Numbered from the stretch's first letter, positions 18,539-28,290 are shown. The stretch is 64,000 nucleotides of DNA from an uncultured Nitrososphaerota archaeon (GCA_963799845.1 CAWCYI010000004.1:1568001-1632000), one strand, 5' to 3'. Translations and numbers: made by a program. Notes: generated by a model from the letters alone, not told the origin.

Positions 18539-19186
18539 TTGGTTGATCTTTTTACAATTCTTGATCTTACCAGCGCGTTTGCAGTAATCATTCCCGGAGT
18601 AGTGCTGCTCACTCTGATCCGGGGAGTAAAAGTCGCATCCCTCCGGAACATGACAATAATGCTCGCGGCGTTCGGAATACTGCACGGATTCTATCATTTA
18701 TCATACCTGACACCATACTACGATTACGCGCCTTACCTCGACCTCGCAACTGCTCTAATTCTCGTAATGCTCGGGATGTACTACAGCAACCGCACGATTG
18801 CATTCTCTCTATTCCTTTTGACGCTTCCCGAGACGGCAACCTACCTCGTCCCGGTGACACTCATCGTCGCTTTCATCCTATTTGCAAGACTCGCGCTAAT
18901 CTCCAAGAGCATGAGGACCCTCCAGGCCCAACTTTCAATCTTCATCATTATCTGGATCGTGGCGGAGCTTTTGAGGTCTCTGCTGCTGTTGAACGTATTT
19001 TCCGCATCTGCATGGCTTCAGACCCTGGGGCTAGAAATCCACACCGCGGCGATGCTCGCGTTCGGTATCTTCATGCTGTCCCGATACTACAAAGCCACCA
19101 CAAGCTCGAGCAACAATTCTCCGGAATGGCTCGCCAAAGAAAACACCATCCCGCCGAAAAAAGATGGGGGCAAGAGCCCGCATTGA
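18539..19186 (+). CDS. multi-pass membrane protein
   Basis: About six hydrophobic helices with intramembrane His residues (LHGFYHL, EIH). No recognised family. Confidence 0.75.
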   Translation: MVDLFTILDLTSAFAVIIPGVVLLTLIRGVKVASLRNMTIMLAAFGILHGFYHLSYLTPYYDYAPYLDLATALILVMLGMYYSNRTIAFSLFLLTLPETATYLVPVTLIVAFILFARLALISKSMRTLQAQLSIFIIIWIVAELLRSLLLLNVFSASAWLQTLGLEIHTAAMLAFGIFMLSRYYKATTSSSNNSPEWLAKENTIPPKKDGGKSPH

Positions 19187-19506
19187 GCCAGGAAAAGTCC
19201 GGAGAAACCTTCAACACCGTTCTGAAAAGATCCGTCCAGGAGGGCATCGCGAGCGTCGTGGGACGCCAGACGGCAATCTCGGTCGAGTTTTACCTCGATC
19301 CATCCATGGCTTCGAAAGATATTGCGCGATACACTCTATCCCTTGAGAAGATGTTCACGCTCGGCGCGAAACTCATCGAGGAGCGGTGCGCTCAGGTTCT
19401 TTACCACAACATGGGACTCAATTTCCAAAAACGCGACGACTATAAGCTCAACGACTATGTCGAAGACGCAAAGAAAAAATGGTTGCTCGGCGAGAGCGCA
19501 AGGTAA
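19183..19506 (+). CDS. small all-helical archaeal protein (NitrOD5/DUF3227-like)
   Basis: TTG 19183 overlaps the upstream stop. Pattern F...L..SV.EG...VG....LEKMF..GAKLIE......LY..MGL.F......L.DYV. Confidence 0.55.
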   Translation: MSQEKSGETFNTVLKRSVQEGIASVVGRQTAISVEFYLDPSMASKDIARYTLSLEKMFTLGAKLIEERCAQVLYHNMGLNFQKRDDYKLNDYVEDAKKKWLLGESAR

Positions 19507-19579
19507 CTTTCTCATCCAAAATTAAGAAATACTCTTTTCAGAACCTTGTCCCTATCCTAGGTTATCAGGTGCTGGACAG

Positions 19580-20188
19580 TTGTCACAACCGTCGAAATCC
19601 AGATTGCGACACCTTCGGGTACTGATCTATTTCATTCCGATATTCGCAATCATTGCGGGTTACGGCGTTATTGTTGTCGCAACTCAGGAGAACTCACCAT
19701 TCACGATAGTGACCGGAACGAGCATGCAACCGACGATCCTGCCCGGCACAATCGCGCTGATCGATAAGGTTCCGTTCGATCAGCTGAAGCTGGGGGACGT
19801 AATCGTTCACACTACGCAGCTTTCCCTGCAGTCTCCGTGCGACAGCTCGCCGGCCTCTACCCTAACCGGGGAGGTATCCAATCCGTGCTATGTGATCCAC
19901 AGGATAGTCAACATAGGTACTGATGCCAGCGGCAACAGAATCGTGACGACGAAGGGCGACGACAATTCCTACTCGATTCCGGAGATTGACACCGGCATCA
20001 ACCAGTCGATGTACCTCGGGAAGGTCATACTCCAATTCCCGCTCTTGGGCTACGTCACCGAGCAGCCATACAACGAGGTTATCGCCCTCATAATATTCAT
20101 CGCATTGATAGCCGAACTTTTCTTCGAGAGAAGACAGATGTCTTCGAAAAAGACAGAGACCGAAATTCGTCCTGACCCTGCGAGTTAA
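19580..20188 (+). CDS. sec11: signal peptidase I, archaeal/ER type (S26B)
   Basis: TM helix, then VTGTSMQPT (Ser), GDVIV, VIHRIV (His), TKGDDN and P.LGY. Confidence 0.9.
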   Translation: MSQPSKSRLRHLRVLIYFIPIFAIIAGYGVIVVATQENSPFTIVTGTSMQPTILPGTIALIDKVPFDQLKLGDVIVHTTQLSLQSPCDSSPASTLTGEVSNPCYVIHRIVNIGTDASGNRIVTTKGDDNSYSIPEIDTGINQSMYLGKVILQFPLLGYVTEQPYNEVIALIIFIALIAELFFERRQMSSKKTETEIRPDPAS

Positions 20189-20227
20189 CTTCGATAAATC
20201 GTTTGTTACAGTAACATAAACAGGGCA

Positions 20228-20287
20228 TGAAACGAGCTGTCCTGAGCTTACAGAGCTTGAAACGAGCTGTCCGAATTGAACAGAGCT
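20228..20287. repeat. two imperfect 30-bp tandem units in a convergent intergenic region
   Basis: TGAAACGAGCTGTCCtgagcttACAGAGCT / TGAAACGAGCTGTCCgaattgaACAGAGCT. Confidence 0.8.
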
Positions 20288-20492
20288 CGAACGTAACTCT
20301 TCGGCCAAAAAGTACGCCCGTGTGTGAAACGCAGAAAATTTTTTTCTTAATGAATCAACGGGAACTAGTATTTGAACGAAAAAGAAGTTCTCCTACAAAT
20401 TCTGGATAGTTTATACAGAAGATACACGTCGCGACAATAGAAACTCGGCTGTCTGCTGGCCGGTAGAAGAGTGCTTGCCACAGCCTCGTAGT

Positions 20493-21932
20493 TCACATCA
20501 CTTTCGATCGCCTACGCATTCTCACGACAAGGCTTCCCGAAATTAGTAGGAGTATCACCATCACCGCCAATATGCTTCCAAGTTGAATCGACGAAGCAGG
20601 AGAGCTTGATAGACCGCTTGTCGTCGACGAGAGAAAAGTTGTGTTGGGTGATTCCCTCGAAGTTGCGGATTGAGTTGTAGCAATCGACGATGAGGCGAGA
20701 ACGATAGAGGACGATCCTGACCTAGAGTACGGAAGATTACTTATCGGTATCTGGAATGGAAGCGGAAAACGGGCGGATTGTGGTACAACGATAGACGCTC
20801 TAATTAGAGATCCACCGGGATAGCTCTGGTCAAAGTCGAACATGTCAAGAGGAATGTTCGAACTTCCGACAAAGCTGTTTAGGGCGGGAAGCCCCCAGTC
20901 ATACTCGATGAAAGCAAGGATCGAATCGTGGTTCAGTAGGGTTGACGAAACATAATCCTCTTTTGCGTACGGCGATATGACAAGGAACGGCACCCGAAAG
21001 CCGAGCTGCGTTCCATCAACGACGGGCGGGGGAACCTGATCGTAGTATCCGCCTCCCTCGTCATAGGTTATGAAAATTGCAGTGCTATTCCAGTAGGGAC
21101 TTTGCATTACCGAATTTACTACGTTTGCAAGCCAGAGCTCGCCGTCAGTAACGTTTTGTGGCGGATGCTGGCTCACGTCCGGCTCCCCGCCACCGACCGG
21201 CATGACCCATGAGACGGAAGGAAGAGTCCCATTTTGAAGACCGGAAAAGAAACTCGTCCAGCTCTGAATGTTCTGGGAGTATTCGTTGATTCCGGAAAAA
21301 TAGTTTAGCGGATACCAGTCTCCAACCGGATTATCGATGTAGTAGCCCCAGCTCACCCCGCTGTTAGAAAGCTGATACATTATCGATTGGTTCACAGGTA
21401 AGTACGGCGGAGGTCCATAGTCGCCGGTAACGGGCGTCTGTCCCGCCATGGACATGAGACGGTTTGGAACGGTATCGCTGAGTACGCTTGAGAAGTACAT
21501 GTCGCCGAGGGAGTACTCCTCCGCCCAGTCCCACTCGATCGCGAGCTGAGCCGAGGTGAAATACGTCATTGCCTGCGCGCCGGAATACTGGGCGAAACCG
21601 TCCATCTTTCCGCTGTCCCAGTCCGCGTGGTAGGTATCGAGGCCCTCGTTCGGGTCCTCGGTCGAATAATTGCCGTTTGGAATCTGAACTAGGCTCGGCT
21701 TGTTTGCGAGATTCAAGAGGTTGACTGGAGTCTCGATCTGAGAATTATTCGCGCCGTTTGCAGCAGGATACGTCTCGAAAAAGTTGTCGAAGCTGTGGTT
21801 TTCCATCATCACAAAGACAACGTGGGATATGGGGGTCCGCGTTCCTGTCATTCCTCTGGACAGAGGAAGGAGACCGGGCGAGACGAGCAAGAGTATTAGA
21901 AACAATATTGCTAAAAGAAATCTCCGGCGCAA
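20493..21932 (-). CDS. exported phosphoesterase (phospholipase C/acid phosphatase family), C-terminally anchored
   Basis: ISHVVFVMMENHSFDNFF, TVPNR, SQHPP, TYDEGGGYYD.V.PP and GFRVPFLVISPYAK, followed by a Ser/Thr linker, TM helix and basic tail. Confidence 0.92.
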   Translation of the reverse strand: MRRRFLLAILFLILLLVSPGLLPLSRGMTGTRTPISHVVFVMMENHSFDNFFETYPAANGANNSQIETPVNLLNLANKPSLVQIPNGNYSTEDPNEGLDTYHADWDSGKMDGFAQYSGAQAMTYFTSAQLAIEWDWAEEYSLGDMYFSSVLSDTVPNRLMSMAGQTPVTGDYGPPPYLPVNQSIMYQLSNSGVSWGYYIDNPVGDWYPLNYFSGINEYSQNIQSWTSFFSGLQNGTLPSVSWVMPVGGGEPDVSQHPPQNVTDGELWLANVVNSVMQSPYWNSTAIFITYDEGGGYYDQVPPPVVDGTQLGFRVPFLVISPYAKEDYVSSTLLNHDSILAFIEYDWGLPALNSFVGSSNIPLDMFDFDQSYPGGSLIRASIVVPQSARFPLPFQIPISNLPYSRSGSSSIVLASSSIATTQSATSRESPNTTFLSSTTSGLSSSPASSIQLGSILAVMVILLLISGSLVVRMRRRSKVM

Positions 21933-21939
21933 GAGATCA

Positions 21940-22953
21940 CTACGGATTTGTTAGAACATCCCTCAGCAGAGTCGGGTTCGCATTTCCGCCGCTTATCACG
22001 GAGACTATCTTGCCCTTTGACGAAACTTTCTTGTTGAGGATGGCAGCGACCGGCGCCGCTCCCGCGGGTTCAACCATTATGTGCAGGTCGTTCAGCATGA
22101 ATCTCATCGATTGTTTGATTTCATCATCGCTCACAAGAACCATCTCGTCGACGAGATCCAGCATCAATTTCAGATTCAGCGGCTCTGTCGTGGATGCAGA
22201 CATGCCGTCCGAGATCGTGTTAGGCGCCTGCGAAACGATTCTCTTCTCCACAAACGAATTGTAGGCTGCCGGCGCGCCCTCGGCGCAAACGCCAATGATT
22301 TTGGTGGGATGAGTATTCCTAGCCTTGATTGCAACCGCGATTCCGCTGATCAACCCGCCTCCTCCGACCGGGACGAGAACGGCATCTGTATCGGGCAGAT
22401 CTTCATTTATTTCCAATCCAATTGTTCCCTGCCCGCAGATCACGTCAGGATCGCCGAAAGGATGAACCAGGATAGCGCCCTCCTTCTCCGCGATCTCATT
22501 AGCATAAGCGGAAAGTTCATGCACGGTCTTCCCTGCTTTGATCAGCTTGACGTTCTTGTACTCCCTTATTGCCCTAACTTTCGCTTCGTTCGCCGTGACC
22601 GGTACGATGATTGTCGCGCTTATCCCGACCATCTCGGAAACGTATGCGACGGCGAGGCCGTGGTTTCCGGCAGAAAATGCGACGATGGATTTCTTGGAAC
22701 CGCTTTCGGCGAGCCGGAGTATCTTATTCAGTGCTCCGCGGATCTTGAAGACGCGAATCGGTTGGTAGCATTCGAGCTTCAGGTACGAATCAGTGGAAGA
22801 AAGCGAGGAGAGAGTCCTCGAATAGTAAAGCGGGGTCCTGTAATAGTATTTGGAAGCTTTGCTCGCTGCTTCTTCAATTGACTTTAGGTTTATTCTTTTC
22901 AGGGCATCTTCCTGGGCCTGTGTCAGATTCAGTTGCGATGACACTTGATTCAC
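21940..22953 (-). CDS. PLP-dependent threonine/serine dehydratase
   Basis: LKLEC.Q....FKIRGA, SAGNHG, GQGTIGLE, VGGGGLISG, EPAGA and SGGN. Confidence 0.92.
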   Translation of the reverse strand: MNQVSSQLNLTQAQEDALKRINLKSIEEAASKASKYYYRTPLYYSRTLSSLSSTDSYLKLECYQPIRVFKIRGALNKILRLAESGSKKSIVAFSAGNHGLAVAYVSEMVGISATIIVPVTANEAKVRAIREYKNVKLIKAGKTVHELSAYANEIAEKEGAILVHPFGDPDVICGQGTIGLEINEDLPDTDAVLVPVGGGGLISGIAVAIKARNTHPTKIIGVCAEGAPAAYNSFVEKRIVSQAPNTISDGMSASTTEPLNLKLMLDLVDEMVLVSDDEIKQSMRFMLNDLHIMVEPAGAAPVAAILNKKVSSKGKIVSVISGGNANPTLLRDVLTNP

Positions 22954-23955
22954 CTATTCGCGCCTTTCGGCAACAAAATCGATCCACGTTCCCATGCCAC
23001 TTGCACGTGCTTTCAGGTAGACTTGCTGCGCGGCCGCGAGGTCTTCGATTGCCAGACCAAGAGATTTGAAAATCGTGATTTCATCATCACTCGTCCTGCC
23101 CTTTTTGGCACCTATCAGAATCTCCCCGATCTCGCCCCTGATGTGGTTATCATTTATCAGACCTTCGCCTTTCGGGATTCTGAAATCGTCTGCCTCTTCA
23201 ATTGCGGACTCACGGCGGTCTACGAAAAAGCTGCTCTTCGCCACCGCGTTTGAGTCTAGCTCGCGGAACGGAGGAACCGATGCCCCTACGGCGTTAACGT
23301 GCGCACCTCTCGAAATCCAATCTCCCTTCAGGATCGGCGAAGTTGCCGCCGTTGTCGTGCAAATAATGTCCGCGCCTTTTGCAGCATCCTCGGCACTCTC
23401 GAATGCTTTCACTCCCAGTTTGGAAGAGGCGCTTTTCGCAAATTTTAGGGCATGGTCATGGTTTCGAGACCATACCCGCACTTCATCGATGGAGCTCCTT
23501 ACTACGGGCATCGCCTCAAGGTGCATCCTTGCTTGAGTCCCGGATCCAAAAATGGCCAGCCTGCGCGAATCTTTCTTTGCAAGGAGGTCAGTTGCGACCG
23601 CGCTTACCGCAGCCGTGCGGATGGCGGTAATCGATCCCGCATCGATGATCGCCTGCAACTGGCCGTTATCGATTTCGAATAATTGAATCGCGCCCTGGTG
23701 TGAGTCAAATTTCGTGCGGTGATTTCCGGGGAAAACCGTGACCACTTTGATACCTACGACCGGCGGGGTTCCACCGAAATACGCAGGCATCATACCCAGA
23801 ATGCCCTTTTTGTTCGGCAGTCGAACGGCTTGTCTCAGAGGTAAAACCACGTCTCCCTTTGCCAGCGTAATCATGGCATTCCGCATTGCAAGCGCACAAT
23901 CTTCCATGGGGAGGAGCGTTCTTACTTCATCCGAGCCGACAATCAGGGTCTTCAA
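22954..23955 (-). CDS. ornithine cyclodeaminase/mu-crystallin family protein
   Basis: GIKVVTVFPGN, ITAIRTAAVSAVAT, GSGTQA, HVNAVG and FKSLGLAIEDL. Confidence 0.93.
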   Translation of the reverse strand: MKTLIVGSDEVRTLLPMEDCALAMRNAMITLAKGDVVLPLRQAVRLPNKKGILGMMPAYFGGTPPVVGIKVVTVFPGNHRTKFDSHQGAIQLFEIDNGQLQAIIDAGSITAIRTAAVSAVATDLLAKKDSRRLAIFGSGTQARMHLEAMPVVRSSIDEVRVWSRNHDHALKFAKSASSKLGVKAFESAEDAAKGADIICTTTAATSPILKGDWISRGAHVNAVGASVPPFRELDSNAVAKSSFFVDRRESAIEEADDFRIPKGEGLINDNHIRGEIGEILIGAKKGRTSDDEITIFKSLGLAIEDLAAAQQVYLKARASGMGTWIDFVAERRE

Positions 23956-24164
23956 TTATTCCACGATCTGATCTGCTAGAGTTTCCCCGGAGTATGAATT
24001 TATTTCGATTGGTGGCAGAATCGGGTATAGTTTTTGATTGCAAGATGATTTGCTCTAATCAGAAAATCCATCGAGAACAACTTTTACTCCATGACTGCAA
24101 TCTTAGCGGCTGAATTGGTTTGAAAAAGATAAATACAATCCGTCAATCCGACACGATCTGAAAT

Positions 24165-25220
24165 ATGAAATTTAGCATTTCACTCATTCCGGAAGTTCCA
24201 CCACAGCGTGCAGCCGCTATCGCCAAGTCTGCTGAAACAAATGGCGTTTACGGTTTATGGGCTGTCGATCAGATATACGACAGGGATGTTTGGATGACGC
24301 TTGCTGCATGTGCGATGGAAACAAAGAAGATTCGCCTCGGCACGGGAGTCACTAACGTTACGCTACGCGATCCGACTTTGGTAGCGCAAGCAATCGGCAC
24401 TCTAGATCAGATGGCTCCGCGCAGAACATTCTGCGGAATAAGCATTGGCGATCCCAGCGTATTGCGCCATTATGGTCAACTACCTCCGCTGAAAGAGCTG
24501 AAACCGTTTGCCAGGCTACGGGAATCGATGGAAGTGATTCGCGCCCTAATTCACGATGGAAAGTGCAATTTCGACGGCCAGTTCCTAAAATATTCAAACA
24601 TTATGACTTCGGCTACCACGAAAAACATAGTACCATTCTACCTGGGGGGAATGGGAGGACCGAAATCATTCCAGCTGGCGGGGGAGATCGGTGATGGAGT
24701 AACTTCGGCATTTGGTTGCTCACGAAAATATCACGAATACGTCGTTCAAAATACGGCTCTCGGGGCAAAGAAAGCAAACCGTGGAAACAAAAAACTTCCA
24801 TATGCAGCCTGGACGGTTTTTTGCTGCGCTCCCAAGTCGGAAGACGCGTTGGAAGCTGCGCGGAACCTCGTGGCCTTGTTCATCCCATCCATGCCATCAC
24901 AAGAGATCAAACTGAACGGAGTTGCTCCAGAAGCCGTTCAGCCAGTCCTCGACGCTATTGCGAAAGGTGACTTCAAAACTGCAATCAAGCTCACTACTGA
25001 TGAATTTGTTGAAAAGTTCTCAGTCTCCGGTTCGCCGGACGAAGTTATCGAAAAGCTAGAGAAAAACTTCGTTGCAGGAGGGGTAGACGAGTTCGCTGCT
25101 TGTATTGTTGACCCGGTAACGATTGCCTCGATGCTCGGGGTAAAAATCAAGAATGTCGCAGGTTATCCGGAGAATTTGAGACTGATCAAGAGAAGGGTCA
25201 TGCCTCATATCTGGTCTTAA
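24165..25220 (+). CDS. LLM-class flavin/F420-dependent oxidoreductase (Mer-like)
   Basis: TKKIRLGTGVTN...R.P...AQ..GTLD, YLGGMGGPKSFQLAGEIGDG and SGSPDEV. Confidence 0.88.
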   Translation: MKFSISLIPEVPPQRAAAIAKSAETNGVYGLWAVDQIYDRDVWMTLAACAMETKKIRLGTGVTNVTLRDPTLVAQAIGTLDQMAPRRTFCGISIGDPSVLRHYGQLPPLKELKPFARLRESMEVIRALIHDGKCNFDGQFLKYSNIMTSATTKNIVPFYLGGMGGPKSFQLAGEIGDGVTSAFGCSRKYHEYVVQNTALGAKKANRGNKKLPYAAWTVFCCAPKSEDALEAARNLVALFIPSMPSQEIKLNGVAPEAVQPVLDAIAKGDFKTAIKLTTDEFVEKFSVSGSPDEVIEKLEKNFVAGGVDEFAACIVDPVTIASMLGVKIKNVAGYPENLRLIKRRVMPHIWS

Positions 25221-25270
25221 GATCTAATTCAGCTTGCAACCTACCGGTCGTTATCATCCGAAGAGGAAGC

Positions 25271-25747
25271 TCACCTCACGACGAGCACCCCGCAGTGCGC
25301 GTGCGAGACCAGACCGCTCGAGACGCTTCCCAACAGCATTTTCTCGAAACCGCCCAGGCCTCGCGTTCCGGCAACTATCAAATCGACGCCCTCTTCTTCA
25401 GCGTACTCCAGTATCACCTTGACAGGCGAACCACCTTTATCCAAGACTTCGCCTTTCGCATCCACCCCGTCAGTCCTAGCCTGAAGTGCCAAACTGTCGA
25501 CTTTGGTTTTTGCGTCGTCCATCGCGTACTCGCGAGCCGCAGATATGCCTGCAGGGGCAACTCTCGGCACCAAGTACGGGAACGGGAGTTCCACCGCGTT
25601 CAAAACGACCAGTTGCGCATGATACCTCTTCGCCAGTTCTTCCGCCGCTGTGAAAGCGTTCATCGCGTGGTCAGAACCATCAAAAGCGATCAGCACTTTC
25701 TTGAAGCCTGATGCGATGGGTCTATTCGGCCCAGCTGGGTTACTCAT
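25271..25747 (-). CDS. universal stress protein (UspA family)
   Basis: KKVLIAFDGS, DLIVAGTRGLGG...LLGSVS and AHCGVLVVR. Confidence 0.93.
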   Translation of the reverse strand: MSNPAGPNRPIASGFKKVLIAFDGSDHAMNAFTAAEELAKRYHAQLVVLNAVELPFPYLVPRVAPAGISAAREYAMDDAKTKVDSLALQARTDGVDAKGEVLDKGGSPVKVILEYAEEEGVDLIVAGTRGLGGFEKMLLGSVSSGLVSHAHCGVLVVR

Positions 25748-25773
25748 CGTTCAAACCCTGTCGTAGTTTGTTA

Positions 25774-27111
25774 TCATATGCTGGTGACGATCAGGGCAAT
25801 GTTCAGTGCTATTATGGCAATTCCGACGAACAGCGCCATGATGATCGTTGACCTCCGGTTTACAAACGAGCCCATTATTTTCTTCTTGCTCGTGTACCAG
25901 ATCAACGGAATCATGGGGAGAGGAATCAGTATACTCAGGAAAACCTGGCTATAGAAAAGCAGCGCCAGTGGACTTATCCCTATGAGGATACAGACCGTGG
26001 TAGGAAAAACGTTGACAACCCGAGTGATAACTCGCCTCAGGTACGGGTTCACCTTGACTCCGAGCATGCTGGTCATGAGTTCCTGCCCCGCCAGAGTCCC
26101 GACGACGGATGAGGCGATCCCAGAAGCAAGAAGGGTTATCGCAAAGATAACTGCCGCCATAGCACCGAATAGTGGCTTCAGTATATCGAATGCTTGATTT
26201 ATCTGCTGGATGTTGGTGTATCCGTGGCCATAGAAAGCAGCGGCGGCCATGACGAGAATCGCCACATTCACGCAACCGGCAATCGTCAAGATACCGATGT
26301 TCTCCCGGAGGTGAAGCCTGAGTAGCTTTTTCTTCTGTGCTTGTTCGCCCTCTTTGATTCCCCACCTGCTCAGCTTGGTCGAGGTCAATGAGGAGTGAAG
26401 CCAGAGGACGTGAGGCATGACCGTCGCGCCGACTATCCCCACGACAACAAGGACAGTGGCGCTGGATATCGATGGCGAGATCGAGTGAATGGCGATCTGT
26501 GAAAGATTCGGCCCGACAATAAGAAGCTCGTAGAGGAAACCTATGGCTATTATTGAAACAAAGACCATGAAAAAGTACTCTATGATACGGAAGCGATTGC
26601 TTGTCAGCGCGAGCAGAATGATGACATCCAAAGCTCCGAAGATAGCCGCGTACAGAAGAGGAATGTTGAAGAGGATATTCAGCGCGATGACGGTTCCAAG
26701 ATACTCCGCCAAATCGGTCGCCGCTATGGCAATTTCACCCGCGAGCCAATACGGAATGATGCGCGTTCTGGTCTTCAGCGAACCTTTGAGTAGTTGCGCA
26801 AGGCTATTTCCCGTTGCGATCCCGAGCTTGCCCGACATGTACTGCAGCACCATCGCGAAAGCACTTGCCATCCAGACAGCCCAGATCAAGTCGTAGTTGA
26901 AGACGCTCCCTCCCGCTATATCCGTCCCGAAGTTGCCGGGATCGATGTACGCCAGGCTCACTATGAGAGTCGGGCCCAGATATGTGATAAAGTCCCGCAG
27001 GGAAATGTGAGGGTTGTTCTTTTGATGCTCCGACACTTCCGGTTTCTGTGATGGGTCCGGCTGTTTGAGGCTCCGATCAGGCGATGTGCTTCGTTTCCAA
27101 GGAGCAATCAT
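25774..27111 (-). CDS. mntH: Nramp-family Mn2+/Fe2+ transporter
   Basis: AYIDPGN, ATDLAE, GATVMPH.LWLHS and GTLAGQ. Confidence 0.93.
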   Translation of the reverse strand: MIAPWKRSTSPDRSLKQPDPSQKPEVSEHQKNNPHISLRDFITYLGPTLIVSLAYIDPGNFGTDIAGGSVFNYDLIWAVWMASAFAMVLQYMSGKLGIATGNSLAQLLKGSLKTRTRIIPYWLAGEIAIAATDLAEYLGTVIALNILFNIPLLYAAIFGALDVIILLALTSNRFRIIEYFFMVFVSIIAIGFLYELLIVGPNLSQIAIHSISPSISSATVLVVVGIVGATVMPHVLWLHSSLTSTKLSRWGIKEGEQAQKKKLLRLHLRENIGILTIAGCVNVAILVMAAAAFYGHGYTNIQQINQAFDILKPLFGAMAAVIFAITLLASGIASSVVGTLAGQELMTSMLGVKVNPYLRRVITRVVNVFPTTVCILIGISPLALLFYSQVFLSILIPLPMIPLIWYTSKKKIMGSFVNRRSTIIMALFVGIAIIALNIALIVTSI

Positions 27112-27137
27112 AGTATAGGTGTGATATTAATCACTGG

Positions 27138-27161
27138 GTATATAAGTTAGGTGTATCTAAC
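27138..27161 (-). promoter_or_regulatory. mntH TATA box plus DtxR/MntR-type operator
   Basis: The minus strand has TTATATAC (27138-27145) about 27 nt upstream of the mntH ATG. The abutting palindrome GTTAGGTGTATCTAAC (27146-27161) has the TTAG...CTAA arms of DtxR-family boxes. Confidence 0.65.
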
Positions 27162-27362
27162 ATAATTATAATGTCATAATGTTTTTGGACCGCTCAAATT
27201 CCTTAATAGAGGTCTAATTTCATTAACCGCATTATTTTATAAATGAAGATCCAGCTTGAACGGCCTCTTGATGCAGGTGAACGACTTAATAACAGTCCCA
27301 GAGATAGAGCTACAAACACCTCCGAACTAGTGGTATCAAGAAGCTGGACAGTGAATAACAAA

Positions 27363-27794
27363 ATGACCCAAGAGCAGAAGGTTGTCACTCCAAGGGCCTC
27401 GGCTGAGGCAAGAGAAGACTATCTTGAAATGATAGGCGAGTTGATTAGAACGAAGGGCTTTGCATCTGTCTCGGATATCGCCGAGAAGATGAATGTGTCA
27501 AAGCCGAGTGCTACTTCGATCATAAAAAAACTTGACAAAGAAGGATACGTTGTCCATGTAAGGTACCGCGGTCTCGCCCTAACAGATTCAGGCAAGAATC
27601 TCGCTTCAAAGATGAAGCACTATCACGAGACCCTGACCCGCCTGCTACTAGCTCTTGGAATACCCGAAAAAATCGCGAGGGAGGACGCCGAAAAGATCGA
27701 GCATGGATTGCACAACCGTTCATTACTCAAATTGCAAGAGCTCGCCGTTTATCTGGAAGCAAATCCCGAAACAGTTCAGAAATTGAATACATAA
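27363..27794 (+). CDS. DtxR/MntR-family metal-dependent repressor
   Basis: EDYLE.I, DIAEKMNVSKPSAT, Y.GL.LT..G, H..L..L and DAEKIEH. Divergent from mntH. Likely start ATG 27363. Confidence 0.9.
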   Translation: MTQEQKVVTPRASAEAREDYLEMIGELIRTKGFASVSDIAEKMNVSKPSATSIIKKLDKEGYVVHVRYRGLALTDSGKNLASKMKHYHETLTRLLLALGIPEKIAREDAEKIEHGLHNRSLLKLQELAVYLEANPETVQKLNT

Positions 27795-27863
27795 TAGTCT
27801 CTTGACTAATCCAAGAATACGCAAAAAGAATCTTAATCGGTCTTGACCCAATATAACCTAGAT

Positions 27864-28150
27864 CTACGCATCGCTTTCAACTGTCTTAATTTCAGTCCAT
27901 TCGTGCCCGCAATGTTTGCACTTGTAATGGTACCTGTATCTAGAAAATTCCTTCCTAACATAATATGGCTGCCAACCACTGCCAACCACTGCTTCCCCGC
28001 ATAGACACGTCTCCGCCTGGCACCATTGCAAAGTCGTGATTCACAAATTCTTTTTCTTCAAGTTCTTTTGTGAATAACCGATGACATTGTGGACAAATTA
28101 TGTCAAAAGGGCAAAGGTTGGATTTTTTCTTATGAGGGATTAGAATAGCA
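27864..28150 (-). pseudogene. small zinc-ribbon protein gene broken by a 10-bp duplication
   Basis: The minus strand reads ...CPQCHRLF...GSSGWQ. Deleting one copy of GCCAACCACT (27971-27990) restores PYYVRKEFSRYRYHYKCKHCGHEWTEIKTVESDA*. I found no clean start codon. Confidence 0.6.
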
Positions 28151-28290
28151 TGGATTTACGCTTTCTCCAAGGTTCGTTCGAATAGTTCTAGTCCTGACCA
28201 GAAATCTCCGATTTTCGATATGATTGATAATTAGGGATGATTTTACCAAAAAGGCCCTCGAAACGACGCGATGTGGAGCAGCTAATAAGG

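Noticed and set aside
20228-20331. Mini-CRISPR (repeats containing TGAAAC)
   Set aside because: There are only two units with a 30-bp period, the intervening sequences are too short and resemble each other, and no cas genes are in the window.
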